Shown here one piece after another: positions 29,946 to 38,665 of a DNA stretch of 64,000 nt. Within the stretch, counting starts at the first letter, position 1. Every line of letters begins with the position of its first letter. The notes beneath the pieces are model-generated. The model worked only from the letters and a program-made list of their open reading frames with translations. It was not told where the DNA came from and did not search any database. A program made the position numbers and the translations under genes. The DNA comes from Marinilabiliales bacterium (lineage in GTDB: Bacteria; Bacteroidota; Bacteroidia; Bacteroidales; F082). The DNA lies in assembly GCA_002869365.1 (NCBI GenBank), contig PKTA01000089.1, positions 5,048 through 69,047 on the forward strand, in the 5' to 3' direction.

Positions 29946-31394
29946 TTAAAATTTTGTCCGAAGTGTTAATGCAAACTGCTGCCCCCTATAAGAATTTACA
30001 ACTGCATTGGGCTGAATAGTTTCACTTGAATACATATAATAGTCTTCATCACTCAGCCATCTCAGATAGGCAAAATCAATACTTGCATTTCCAAAATTAT
30101 AACCTATACCGGCAGAAATAGTCTGACGCTCACCATCATTCAAATTATCGGCATATGGACTTGAATAGTAGTTATATCCTGCTCTAAGGGTTGTTTGTCC
30201 CAACCTCCATTCGGTTCCAACTCTGATATTATGAGTTGACTGATAAGAACTTCTAATTGATGCATTAACATCATTAAAACCATAATCACGTGCTTTAAAC
30301 CTTGAGGTTGAATAATCAACATATTCATATTCAAAACTAACAAGACCCATTTTATTGATTATGAATGCAGCATCCCCAATTAATCGCATTGGTGTAGTAA
30401 GTCGATATTCATAATTTCCTGTTACCGATTCTACCTTCTCAGGACTAGTCCATTCCAGATCTGCTGTATGTGTTGTATACCAACTATCGCGCATACTCCA
30501 ATAATATGATGGTGTATGAATAGCGCCACCTATTCGTATCCAATTGGTAGGCTGATAAATAATTCCAACCTTTAGGTTTATTCCCCATCCTGTAGTAACA
30601 AGATTTTCTCTTACACTCCAACTATTAAAATAAGGTATGGTATCTGCTGCATCCGACTCTCTATAAAATGTCTCTCTTTTGAATCTTATGTAAGGCAAAC
30701 CAACTGTTGCTCCAATAAATAACTTATCAGAATAGTTTGCCGATAACGACATCAACCATTCGTTAGTAGAACCTGAAGATTGTATTGTTTGTTCCTGCAA
30801 AGTTCCGGCAAATGGCACAGGAGTATAATAATAATCATTATAACCGGGAATAGTGTCTAAAAGGTAAATACTCCATGCTGGAGACAAGTCGTAGGGATAA
30901 TCATTTTCAATATATGAGTAATCAATACCGTCAGCTTGTTCTTTATATATATCTAATCTCGAATTATTTAGGTTGTTACCTTGCATATATTGATTAGTAT
31001 TATAAGTATTCAATCGGTTCATCCCTACTCCAAACTGGAAAAATTTCCAACCATTATTTGACATTTTTGTTGTTTGAACATATCCCAGGTTTCCAAGATT
31101 AAAAATTGATTTTGAATCTTCGGCATACATATTATTATAGGTAGACGAATTAAACAGAGAGGTAACCTCCGGAGTTATTGACAATTCAGATGACCTGTAA
31201 AGTCCCATTCCTGCAGGGTTTGTGCTTGCCACTGAAAAATCGGCACCCAGGCCTCCAAAGGCGCTGCCCATGGCCATATTGCGGGCTGAACCCTCATAAA
31301 ATTGTTGTGAATATCTCAAGGCATCGTCAACGGTTTGTGAAAAACCAGAAAAAACGAATGCTATTAAACTCAATATTATTATTGACCTTTTCAT
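29946..31394 (-). CDS. FadL/OmpP1/PorV-superfamily outer-membrane beta-barrel protein
   Basis: 482 aa with a signal peptide. N-terminal hatch-like segment AMGSAFGGLGADFSVASTNPAGMGLY (Gly-rich plus an NPA motif, as in FadL/TodX/PorV). Alternating beta pattern throughout. C-terminal Phe (LTLRTKF). Confidence 0.6.
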   Translation of the reverse strand: MKRSIIILSLIAFVFSGFSQTVDDALRYSQQFYEGSARNMAMGSAFGGLGADFSVASTNPAGMGLYRSSELSITPEVTSLFNSSTYNNMYAEDSKSIFNLGNLGYVQTTKMSNNGWKFFQFGVGMNRLNTYNTNQYMQGNNLNNSRLDIYKEQADGIDYSYIENDYPYDLSPAWSIYLLDTIPGYNDYYYTPVPFAGTLQEQTIQSSGSTNEWLMSLSANYSDKLFIGATVGLPYIRFKRETFYRESDAADTIPYFNSWSVRENLVTTGWGINLKVGIIYQPTNWIRIGGAIHTPSYYWSMRDSWYTTHTADLEWTSPEKVESVTGNYEYRLTTPMRLIGDAAFIINKMGLVSFEYEYVDYSTSRFKARDYGFNDVNASIRSSYQSTHNIRVGTEWRLGQTTLRAGYNYYSSPYADNLNDGERQTISAGIGYNFGNASIDFAYLRWLSDEDYYMYSSETIQPNAVVNSYRGQQFALTLRTKF

Positions 31395-31492
31395 TTTTTT
31401 AAATATTAATTTTTACTGTTAATATGGGAGTATAACTCCCGAGTTTAATACTAGTAACCAAAATAACAGTCAAATAAACTTATTCTGATTAA

Positions 31493-32923
31493 TTATCTTC
31501 TTCCACCACCTGAAGATGACCTGGATGAAGAGGAACTACTGCTCGATGATCTTGAAGGAGAACTTGAACTTCTTGAAGGAGAACTATAACTTCTTGAAGG
31601 AGAACTCGAACTTCTTGAAGGACTGCTATAAGATCTTGACGGACTGCTATATGACTTCGAAGGAGAAGAACTTCTGGTGCTCCGTTTTGGTGAAGCAGTT
31701 CTGGTTCTTGTTGGCGTATTAACAGATTTTGATCCGCTACTTCTGGTTTTAGTAGATCTATTGTAATTCCTTGTCGGTTGATTAACCGGTTTACGAGTAT
31801 TAGTCCTTACATTCGACTTTGAAGAAGTACTAGTCTGACTGTTTCTCTTAGGTGCAACATATTTATTTTCAGACCTTGGCTTTTGCGATGGTAAAGTTCT
31901 ATATGATTGTGGTTTCTCATATTTTGGCTTTTGCCTGACTTCAGTTTTTGTCGATTCGGCAGGCTTCCTATATCTTTCAGTTTGTGATCTTCCAATTTCT
32001 TTTCCCTGAACAGTAGATTTATTTGTTTGGTTCGCCTGTTTAACTCTAACAGATTCAGCAGGTCTGCTCTTCTGTACCTGTGATCCATTACTTACTGAAC
32101 CACCACCTGTTCTGCTACTTCCAATCGAGCCACCACCTGCTACGATAGTTTTTTCACGATAAGAAGGATTCTCGCTATCGGAACCACCTCTGCTACCAGT
32201 CCTGGGAACTGAGGTTCCGCCACTTCTGCTACCACGTGGACCATAACTACTTGAATATCCATAATTTCCATCATAGTATCCGCCACCATAGCCGCCGCCA
32301 TAATAGCCATCCCAATAACCATTCCAGTAACCATTATTATATCCGTTCCAATAACTGCCACCCCAGCCGTAATAAGGATAACCATATCTGTAATATGGGT
32401 AACCCCATCCGTAGTAAGGATAACCGTAACCATAACTATAATAAGGATAACCATAACTATAATAAGGATAGCCCCATCCTCCACCATATCCAATACTAAC
32501 TGTATAGTTGGAAGACCCACCACAATTACAACCGTAATCATCGGTATAATAATCATCATAATACCCTAAACTACTTCCTTCATTATTAAATCGCTTTATG
32601 CGCGACTCATAATCAGTATCATAATAAATATCTTCATTAGAGCCAGCATCATCCGAATAATATTCTTCATCACTAACATCTCCTACAGGAACTTGTTCCA
32701 CTTCTGAAGTTTCACCTTTATAATATGATTGATAGTCACCTGTAGACGAAGAAGATGTATATACTTCCTCACTCAAAGTAGTAGTTGTTTGGTTATTGCT
32801 ATTTTCCCCTGGTGTATAATAAACATCATCATAAGGCAGGGTTGATGTTGTTGAGCAAGAACTCAAAACAAATACCCAAATAAGGCTAATAACCGCTAAA
32901 CTAAATTTTTTAATTGTTTTCAT
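31493..32923 (-). CDS. tri-block low-complexity lipoprotein (acidic Tyr-rich / GYPYY-repeat Gly-Tyr-Trp-Pro / basic Ser-Arg-Lys-Thr-Pro tail)
   Basis: The ATG at 32923 gives MKTIKKFSLAVISLIWVFVLSSC, a lipobox. One uninterrupted 476-codon frame runs through extreme low complexity, and the block structure and heptads are frame-specific. See findings. Confidence 0.6.
   Translation of the reverse strand: MKTIKKFSLAVISLIWVFVLSSCSTTSTLPYDDVYYTPGENSNNQTTTTLSEEVYTSSSSTGDYQSYYKGETSEVEQVPVGDVSDEEYYSDDAGSNEDIYYDTDYESRIKRFNNEGSSLGYYDDYYTDDYGCNCGGSSNYTVSIGYGGGWGYPYYSYGYPYYSYGYGYPYYGWGYPYYRYGYPYYGWGGSYWNGYNNGYWNGYWDGYYGGGYGGGYYDGNYGYSSSYGPRGSRSGGTSVPRTGSRGGSDSENPSYREKTIVAGGGSIGSSRTGGGSVSNGSQVQKSRPAESVRVKQANQTNKSTVQGKEIGRSQTERYRKPAESTKTEVRQKPKYEKPQSYRTLPSQKPRSENKYVAPKRNSQTSTSSKSNVRTNTRKPVNQPTRNYNRSTKTRSSGSKSVNTPTRTRTASPKRSTRSSSPSKSYSSPSRSYSSPSRSSSSPSRSYSSPSRSSSSPSRSSSSSSSSSRSSSGGGRR
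31541..31666 (-). repeat. six tandem 21-nt units encoding SPS(R/K)S(Y/S)S heptads
   Basis: Hand translation of each unit: 31646..31666 SPSKSYS; 31625..31645 SPSRSYS; 31604..31624 SPSRSSS; 31583..31603 SPSRSYS; 31562..31582 SPSRSSS; 31541..31561 SPSRSSS. Confidence 0.9.
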
Positions 32924-33010
32924 GACTATATGGTATTGCGAGTTTATAAACATTGTTTAATTTTGTGCTTTTATTTCAAATAATTGCAAAGACTATACCA
33001 AACTTAAAAA

Positions 33011-34480
33011 ATGGCGAAAGTTTTAACATCAAGAGAAGAAAATTATTCACAATGGTACAACGACCTTGTGATAAAAGCAGATTTAGCTGAAAACTCGGCT
33101 GTAAGAGGCTCCATGGTAATTAAGCCTTACGGCTACGCCATTTGGGAAAAAATGCAAGCAGTGCTCGACAAAATGTTTAAGGATACCGGGCATCAAAATG
33201 CTTATTTCCCACTATTCATTCCAAAATCATTCTTTAGCAAGGAAGCAAGTCATGTTGAAGGGTTTGCAAAAGAGTGTGCCGTTGTTACTCATTACCGTTT
33301 AAAAAATGATGAGAACGGTAAAATTGTTGTCGATGAAGATGCAAAACTGGAAGAGGAGTTAATAGTAAGGCCTACCTCTGAAACCATAATATGGGATACT
33401 TACCGTAAATGGATACAGAGTTACAGAGACCTTCCTATATTAATAAACCAGTGGGCAAATGTTGTAAGGTGGGAAATGCGCACACGATTATTTTTGCGTA
33501 CTGCAGAATTTCTATGGCAGGAAGGGCATACTGCTCATGCCACCAAAGATGAGGCTGTGGCAGAAGCAGAAACCATGCTGAAAGTTTACGCAAATTTTGC
33601 AGAAACTTATATGGGAGTTCCTGTTCTTCAGGGAATTAAATCTCCCAACGAACGATTTGCAGGTGCTGTGGAAACTTATTGTATAGAAGGTTTGATGCAG
33701 GATGGTAAAGCATTACAATGCGGAACATCACACTTCCTGGGGCAAAATTTTGCCAAAGCATTCGACGTTACCTTTGTTACCAAAGAAAATAAACAAGAGT
33801 TAGTTTGGGCAACTTCCTGGGGTGTTTCAACCAGGCTGATGGGGGCGTTAATAATGTCGCATTCCGACGACAATGGATTGGTTTTACCTCCGAAACTTGC
33901 TCCTATTCAGGTTGTAATAGTTCCTATTTTCCGCAAAGAAGAAGAGTTAAAAGCAATAACCGAAAAAGTTGATGGCTTAATAAACAAACTTAAAGAAAAA
34001 GGCATTTCTGTAAAATTCGACAATCGCGATACTCATAAACCAGGTTTTAAATTCGCCGAATGGGAATTAAAAGGGGTTCCAATCAGGCTTGCTGTCGGCC
34101 CAAGGGATTTAGCAAATGGTACTGTTGAAGTGGCCAGAAGAGATACTATGGAAAAAGAAATTCTCCATATGGAAGGTATTGAAGATAAAATAGAACATCT
34201 TCTGGAGCAAATTCAAATAAATATTTACCAAAAAGCTTATGATTTCCGCGATAATAATTCGTTCCGTGTTGATACCTGGGAAGAGTTTAAAGCACAGGTA
34301 GAAAAAGGCGGATTTATTTATGCCCATTGGGATGGAACATCTGAAACTGAACAGAAAATTAAAGACGAAACCAAAGCCACCATCAGAACAATACCTATTG
34401 ATGGTAAGTTTGAAGAAGGAAAGTGTATTTATACAGGAAACCCTTCAAAACAAAGAGTAGTTTTTGCAAAGGCTTATTAA
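33011..34480 (+). CDS. proS: proline--tRNA ligase (archaeal/eukaryote-like type)
   Basis: 489 aa. N-terminus [19 protein letters not shown]...[15 protein letters not shown] and C-terminal YAHWDG...KATIR are typical of the short ProRS form common in Bacteroidota. Confidence 0.95.
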   Translation: MAKVLTSREENYSQWYNDLVIKADLAENSAVRGSMVIKPYGYAIWEKMQAVLDKMFKDTGHQNAYFPLFIPKSFFSKEASHVEGFAKECAVVTHYRLKNDENGKIVVDEDAKLEEELIVRPTSETIIWDTYRKWIQSYRDLPILINQWANVVRWEMRTRLFLRTAEFLWQEGHTAHATKDEAVAEAETMLKVYANFAETYMGVPVLQGIKSPNERFAGAVETYCIEGLMQDGKALQCGTSHFLGQNFAKAFDVTFVTKENKQELVWATSWGVSTRLMGALIMSHSDDNGLVLPPKLAPIQVVIVPIFRKEEELKAITEKVDGLINKLKEKGISVKFDNRDTHKPGFKFAEWELKGVPIRLAVGPRDLANGTVEVARRDTMEKEILHMEGIEDKIEHLLEQIQINIYQKAYDFRDNNSFRVDTWEEFKAQVEKGGFIYAHWDGTSETEQKIKDETKATIRTIPIDGKFEEGKCIYTGNPSKQRVVFAKAY

Positions 34481-34494
34481 AATATTTGATAAAC

Positions 34495-34532
34495 AAAAAA
34501 ACCTGCGTTTATTAAAAGAGCAGGTTTTTTTT
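34495..34532. terminator. bidirectional intrinsic terminator between convergent proS and glyA
   Basis: Arms aaaaaaacctgc (34495..34506) and gcaggttttttt (34520..34531), up to 12 bp, with a 13-nt loop. An A-run upstream and T-run downstream give a U-tract on either strand. Confidence 0.75.
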
Positions 34533-34549
34533 ATGTCTATGATTAAGGA

Positions 34550-35827
34550 TTAAGCAAACAAGGGGAAATCTTTCATCATCTTATTTACTCTTTCTTTAAC
34601 AGAAGCAATTACTTTTTCATTATCTATATTACTAATCACCTCATCAATTAGTTCAACTATAGGCTCCATATGATTTTCTTTCAGGCCTCTTGTAGTTATT
34701 GCAGGAGTACCAACTCTTAAACCACTTGTTTGGAAAGGCGAACGGCTATCAAATGGCACCATATTTTTGTTGATAGTAATATCGGCTTTTACCAAAGTAT
34801 TTTCTACTACTTTACCTGTTATTTCAGGAAATTTACCCCTTAAATCAATAAGCATTAAGTGATTATCAGTACCACCTGAAATTACTTTATAACCTCTGTC
34901 GATAAAGGCCTGCGACATTACATTTGCATTTTTCTTTACCTGTAAAATATATTCGAAATATTCGTCGGTTAATGCTTCGCCAAAGGCAACAGCTTTTGCA
35001 GCAATAATATGCTCCAGAGGACCACCCTGAATTCCAGGGAAAACAGCAGAATTTAATACAGCCGACATCATTTTCGTTGCCCCTTTAGGTGTTTTCAATC
35101 CCCATGGATTTTCAAAATCTTCACCCATTAATATTAATCCTCCACGAGGACCTCTTAATGTTTTGTGTGTTGTTGTGGTAACAATATGACAATATTCTAT
35201 AGGATCATTTAAAATTCCCTTGGCAATCAATCCTGCAGGATGTGAAATATCAGCCATCAAAATAGCGCCTATTTCATCTGCAATATCTCGCATACGCTCA
35301 TAATCCCAATCGCGTGAATATGCTGAAGCACCTGCAATTATCATTTTTGGCTTCTCCTTTAGGGCAAGAGCCTCCATTTCATCATAATCAACAGTCCCTG
35401 TTTCTTCTTTTACCTTATATGCAATAGGGTTATATAAAATTCCTGAAGAGTTTACAAACGAACCATGCGAAAGATGACCCCCATGGGAAAGATCCAAACC
35501 CATAAAAGTATCACCGGCTTTTAAACAAGCCAGAAAAACAGCCATATTAGCCTGCGCTCCTGAATGCGGCTGCACATTAGCATATTCTGCATCAAATAAC
35601 TCGCAAGCTCTGTCGATGGCCAACTGTTCACTTTGGTCAACAATTTCACAGCCACCATAATATCTTTTTCCAGGATATCCTTCAGCATATTTATTTGTCA
35701 TAACCGAACCCATGGCTTCTAGAACCTGCTGACTAACAAAATTTTCCGATGCTATCAACTCAATTCCACCCATCTGGCGTTCCTTCTCCTGATTTATCAG
35801 GTCAAATATTTTATTATCTCTTTCCAT
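34550..35827 (-). CDS. glyA: serine hydroxymethyltransferase
   Basis: PLP-lysine motif [14 protein letters not shown]. The ATG at 35827 ([11 protein letters not shown]) is preferred, because a -7 box at 35865..35872 sits 1 nt from the ORF-track ATG at 35863. Confidence 0.95.
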   Translation of the reverse strand: MERDNKIFDLINQEKERQMGGIELIASENFVSQQVLEAMGSVMTNKYAEGYPGKRYYGGCEIVDQSEQLAIDRACELFDAEYANVQPHSGAQANMAVFLACLKAGDTFMGLDLSHGGHLSHGSFVNSSGILYNPIAYKVKEETGTVDYDEMEALALKEKPKMIIAGASAYSRDWDYERMRDIADEIGAILMADISHPAGLIAKGILNDPIEYCHIVTTTTHKTLRGPRGGLILMGEDFENPWGLKTPKGATKMMSAVLNSAVFPGIQGGPLEHIIAAKAVAFGEALTDEYFEYILQVKKNANVMSQAFIDRGYKVISGGTDNHLMLIDLRGKFPEITGKVVENTLVKADITINKNMVPFDSRSPFQTSGLRVGTPAITTRGLKENHMEPIVELIDEVISNIDNEKVIASVKERVNKMMKDFPLFA

Positions 35828-35864
35828 ATTGTAAGAGTTATACTTATTAATTATTAAATCCATG

Positions 35865-35872
35865 CAAAGGTA
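35865..35872 (-). promoter_or_regulatory. -7 box TACCTTTG upstream of glyA
   Basis: Exact match on the minus strand, 37 nt before the ATG at 35827 and only 1 nt before the ORF-track ATG at 35863. This argues against 35863 as the start. Confidence 0.45.
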
Positions 35873-36003
35873 TTAAATTTATGTTCTATTAATAGGGGTA
35901 GAAACCAATAATTTATATCAATTTCTTGGTTATAATTTTTTATATTATTAACTTTTGTTTTCAGCATAATGCGAATAATATTGCCAGTTTTGCATTCATT
36001 ATT

Positions 36004-36011
36004 TAAGTTTG
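36004..36011 (+). promoter_or_regulatory. -7 box TAAGTTTG, 4 nt upstream of the M16 peptidase ATG
   Basis: Exact match. Spacer cgca, then the ATG at 36016. Confidence 0.45.
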
Positions 36012-36015
36012 CGCA

Positions 36016-37254
36016 ATGATAAAATACGACTATACTACGCTCGACAATGGATTGAAAGTTATTGTCCATCAGGATAAAAGCACCCCACTTGTTGCAATGA
36101 ATATTATATATAAGGTAGGTTCACGTGATGAAAACCCCGACAAAACAGGTTTCGCACACCTTTTTGAGCATCTCATGTTCGGAGGCTCTGTAAATATTCC
36201 AAAATACGATAACCCTTTACAAAATGCAGGAGGCGAAAATAATGCCTTTACAAATAACGATTTTACAAACTATTACCTTACTATTCCAAAAAGCAATATT
36301 GAAACGGCTTTCTGGCTGGAGTCCGACAGAATGTTATCATTAGCCTTTTCAGAAAAAAGCCTTGAAGTTCAACAACAGGTTGTTATTGAAGAGTTTAAGC
36401 AAAATTATTTGAATCAGCCTTATGGCGATATATACCTTCTGTTGAAACCACTTGCCTTTAAAGAACATCCCTATCAGTGGAATACAATTGGTAAAGACAT
36501 TTCTCATATTGAAAATGCAAATATGGATGATGTTAAACTGTTCTATAATAAGTTTTATAATCCCAATAATGCTATTTTGAGTATTGCCGGAAATGTAAAA
36601 CCGGATGAGATTTTTAAATTGACAGAAAAGTGGTTTGGAGGCATCGAAGCAGGAGATGAAATAATTAGAAATTACCCGCAAGAACCCCTACAATTAGTTA
36701 ACAGAGAGTTGATAGTAGAAAGGAATGTGCCTCAAACAGCCGTCTATTTTGCATGGCATATGGACAAACGTAACTCAAAAGGTTTTTATGCCTGCGATTT
36801 AATTTCTGATATTTTATCCAATGGTAATTCTTCACGCCTTTTCAGCAGGCTGGTAAAAGACAGAAAGATGTTTTCAGAACTTAATGCCTTCGTAAGTGGT
36901 GACATGGATAAGGGATTGTTTATTGTAAGCGGGAAACTGATAAACGGATTTACACCAACAGATGCTGAGAATGCAATTGATGAGCAATTGAATGATCTAA
37001 TTTCAAAACAAGTTAGTGATTTGGAACTTGAAAAAGTAAAAAATAAAATTGAGTCAAACCTAGTATTTTCACGACTGTCAGCACTCAATAAGGCCATGAA
37101 TCTGGCATATTACGAGATGCTGGAAAGTGCTGCACTACTGGAAAGTGAAAAGGAAAAATATGCTGCAGTCACTAAAGAAGACATTCAGCAAAAAGCAAAG
37201 GAAATTTTTGCAAAAGGCAAAAAAAATAAATTGGTTTACCTCTCAAAAAACTAA
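36016..37254 (+). CDS. M16 family zinc peptidase (active subunit)
   Basis: 412 aa. Inverted zincin motif HLFEHLMF (HxxEH) plus a downstream Glu. Confidence 0.88.
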   Translation: MIKYDYTTLDNGLKVIVHQDKSTPLVAMNIIYKVGSRDENPDKTGFAHLFEHLMFGGSVNIPKYDNPLQNAGGENNAFTNNDFTNYYLTIPKSNIETAFWLESDRMLSLAFSEKSLEVQQQVVIEEFKQNYLNQPYGDIYLLLKPLAFKEHPYQWNTIGKDISHIENANMDDVKLFYNKFYNPNNAILSIAGNVKPDEIFKLTEKWFGGIEAGDEIIRNYPQEPLQLVNRELIVERNVPQTAVYFAWHMDKRNSKGFYACDLISDILSNGNSSRLFSRLVKDRKMFSELNAFVSGDMDKGLFIVSGKLINGFTPTDAENAIDEQLNDLISKQVSDLELEKVKNKIESNLVFSRLSALNKAMNLAYYEMLESAALLESEKEKYAAVTKEDIQQKAKEIFAKGKKNKLVYLSKN

Positions 37255-37257
37255 AAT

Positions 37258-38556
37258 ATGAAAAACACTAATTATCCAAACAGAGCCATAAGTCCACCAA
37301 ATAATAAATTTGAAGAGTTAAACCTTCAGAACCCTGAAAATATTAAACTCAAAAACGGGCTCGATTTATACCTAATAGAGTCTGGGCTGGAAGAGGTTGT
37401 TAGAATCGACCTGGTAATAAATGCAGGCTCCGTTTATCAATCGAAGAAACTCTGCGCCAATTTTACAAATGACCTTTTAATAGAAGGGACAAAAAAACTA
37501 AGTTCCGAAAAAATCGCACATGAACTTGACTTTTATGGTGCGTATTTATATGCATCAACAAGTAAGGATAATGCTGTTATCACTTTATTTTCGATTACAA
37601 AACATTTAGAAAAACTACTTCCTATTTTCAGAGATGTTATAATAGAATCGATTTTCCCCGAACAGGAATTTGAAATTCATCGCGATAGAAACCGACAGGA
37701 ATTTTTAATTAAGTCGGAAAAGGCAAAAATTATTGCCAATCGCGAATTCAATAGATTAGTTTTTGGTGAAAATACAGCATATGGGCAATATCTAAACCTG
37801 GAAGATTTTGACCTTATTAAAAGAGAGGATTTAGTTGATTTTCATAAGCACTTTTACCAACCTAAAAATTCATACTTAATAGTTAGTGGCAGACCCGACA
37901 CCAAATGTAAAAACCTAATTGTCAAATTATTTGGTGAAGAATGGGATAATTTTAACTCAAATATTTGCGAACCCGAAAAAATCGTTTCTGATGCTTTCAA
38001 AGGTGATGTTTTGATAAAAAAGGAAAAGTTCCTGCAATCTGCCATCAGGATTGGAAAGCAAATAATTGGAAAACAACATGAAGATTATGCTAACCTGCTG
38101 ATTACGAATACTATTTATGGGGGTTATTTCGGCTCTCGCCTAATGTCGAATCTTCGTGAGGATAAAGGAATGACTTATGGTATCAGGTCATACACTTCCA
38201 ATTTCAAACATGCCAGTTATTTTACTATTGCAACCGAAGTAAATATCAACCAAACTTCTGCAGCTATTGCTGAAATAAGAAAAGAACTTGAAATTCTACA
38301 AAATGAATATGTGAATGAAGAAGAATTAAGTTTGGTTAAGAATTATATTTACGGCAATTTCCAGAAAAATTTCGATGGGCCTTTTGCTTTGGCAGAAATG
38401 TTCAGATCAGTTATGGATATTGAAAGCGATTTCAACTTCTTCAACCAAACCCTTAATAAAATTATGCAGGTTGATGCTGAAATTATTCAACAAACCGCAC
38501 AGAAATATCTTGATATAAATGATATGTGTAATTTAGTTGTGGGCAATCTGGAATAA
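37258..38556 (+). CDS. M16 family peptidase-like protein (non-catalytic partner, no HxxEH)
   Basis: 432 aa. M16 fold pattern (YGAYLYAST..., FYQPKNSYLIVSG) without the zinc motif. It starts 3 nt after the preceding M16 gene. Confidence 0.8.
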   Translation: MKNTNYPNRAISPPNNKFEELNLQNPENIKLKNGLDLYLIESGLEEVVRIDLVINAGSVYQSKKLCANFTNDLLIEGTKKLSSEKIAHELDFYGAYLYASTSKDNAVITLFSITKHLEKLLPIFRDVIIESIFPEQEFEIHRDRNRQEFLIKSEKAKIIANREFNRLVFGENTAYGQYLNLEDFDLIKREDLVDFHKHFYQPKNSYLIVSGRPDTKCKNLIVKLFGEEWDNFNSNICEPEKIVSDAFKGDVLIKKEKFLQSAIRIGKQIIGKQHEDYANLLITNTIYGGYFGSRLMSNLREDKGMTYGIRSYTSNFKHASYFTIATEVNINQTSAAIAEIRKELEILQNEYVNEEELSLVKNYIYGNFQKNFDGPFALAEMFRSVMDIESDFNFFNQTLNKIMQVDAEIIQQTAQKYLDINDMCNLVVGNLE

Positions 38557-38635
38557 TAAAAAGCAATTATTTTCGTATTTGAATCACTGAATATTTATAT
38601 TCTATCGCATTGTGAGTAGATATTTATATAAAAAC

Positions 38636-38643
38636 TAAATTTG
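38636..38643 (+). promoter_or_regulatory. -7 box TAAATTTG upstream of the T9SS type B cargo gene
   Basis: Exact match, 22 nt before the GTG at 38666. Confidence 0.45.
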
Positions 38644-38665
38644 AATAAAAAATTGATGTAAAAAA

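Noticed and set aside
31541-31666. Short tandem repeats that might be taken for a CRISPR-like array
   Set aside because: The 21-nt units are directly adjacent with no spacers, are in-frame coding sequence, and no cas genes are present.
31516-32559. ORFs on both strands and in other frames across the low-complexity gene (31516..31722 +, 31807..32088 -, 32140..32559 -, 32236..32499 +)
   Set aside because: They are by-products of repetitive, stop-poor sequence. Only the 31493..32923 frame has a lipoprotein signal, spans the whole region and gives the ordered block and heptad architecture.
35854-36069. A 71-aa minus-strand ORF across the glyA/M16 divergent promoter region
   Set aside because: It overlaps the M16 gene start in antisense as well as both predicted -7 boxes. 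Its composition is typical AT-rich intergenic read-through.
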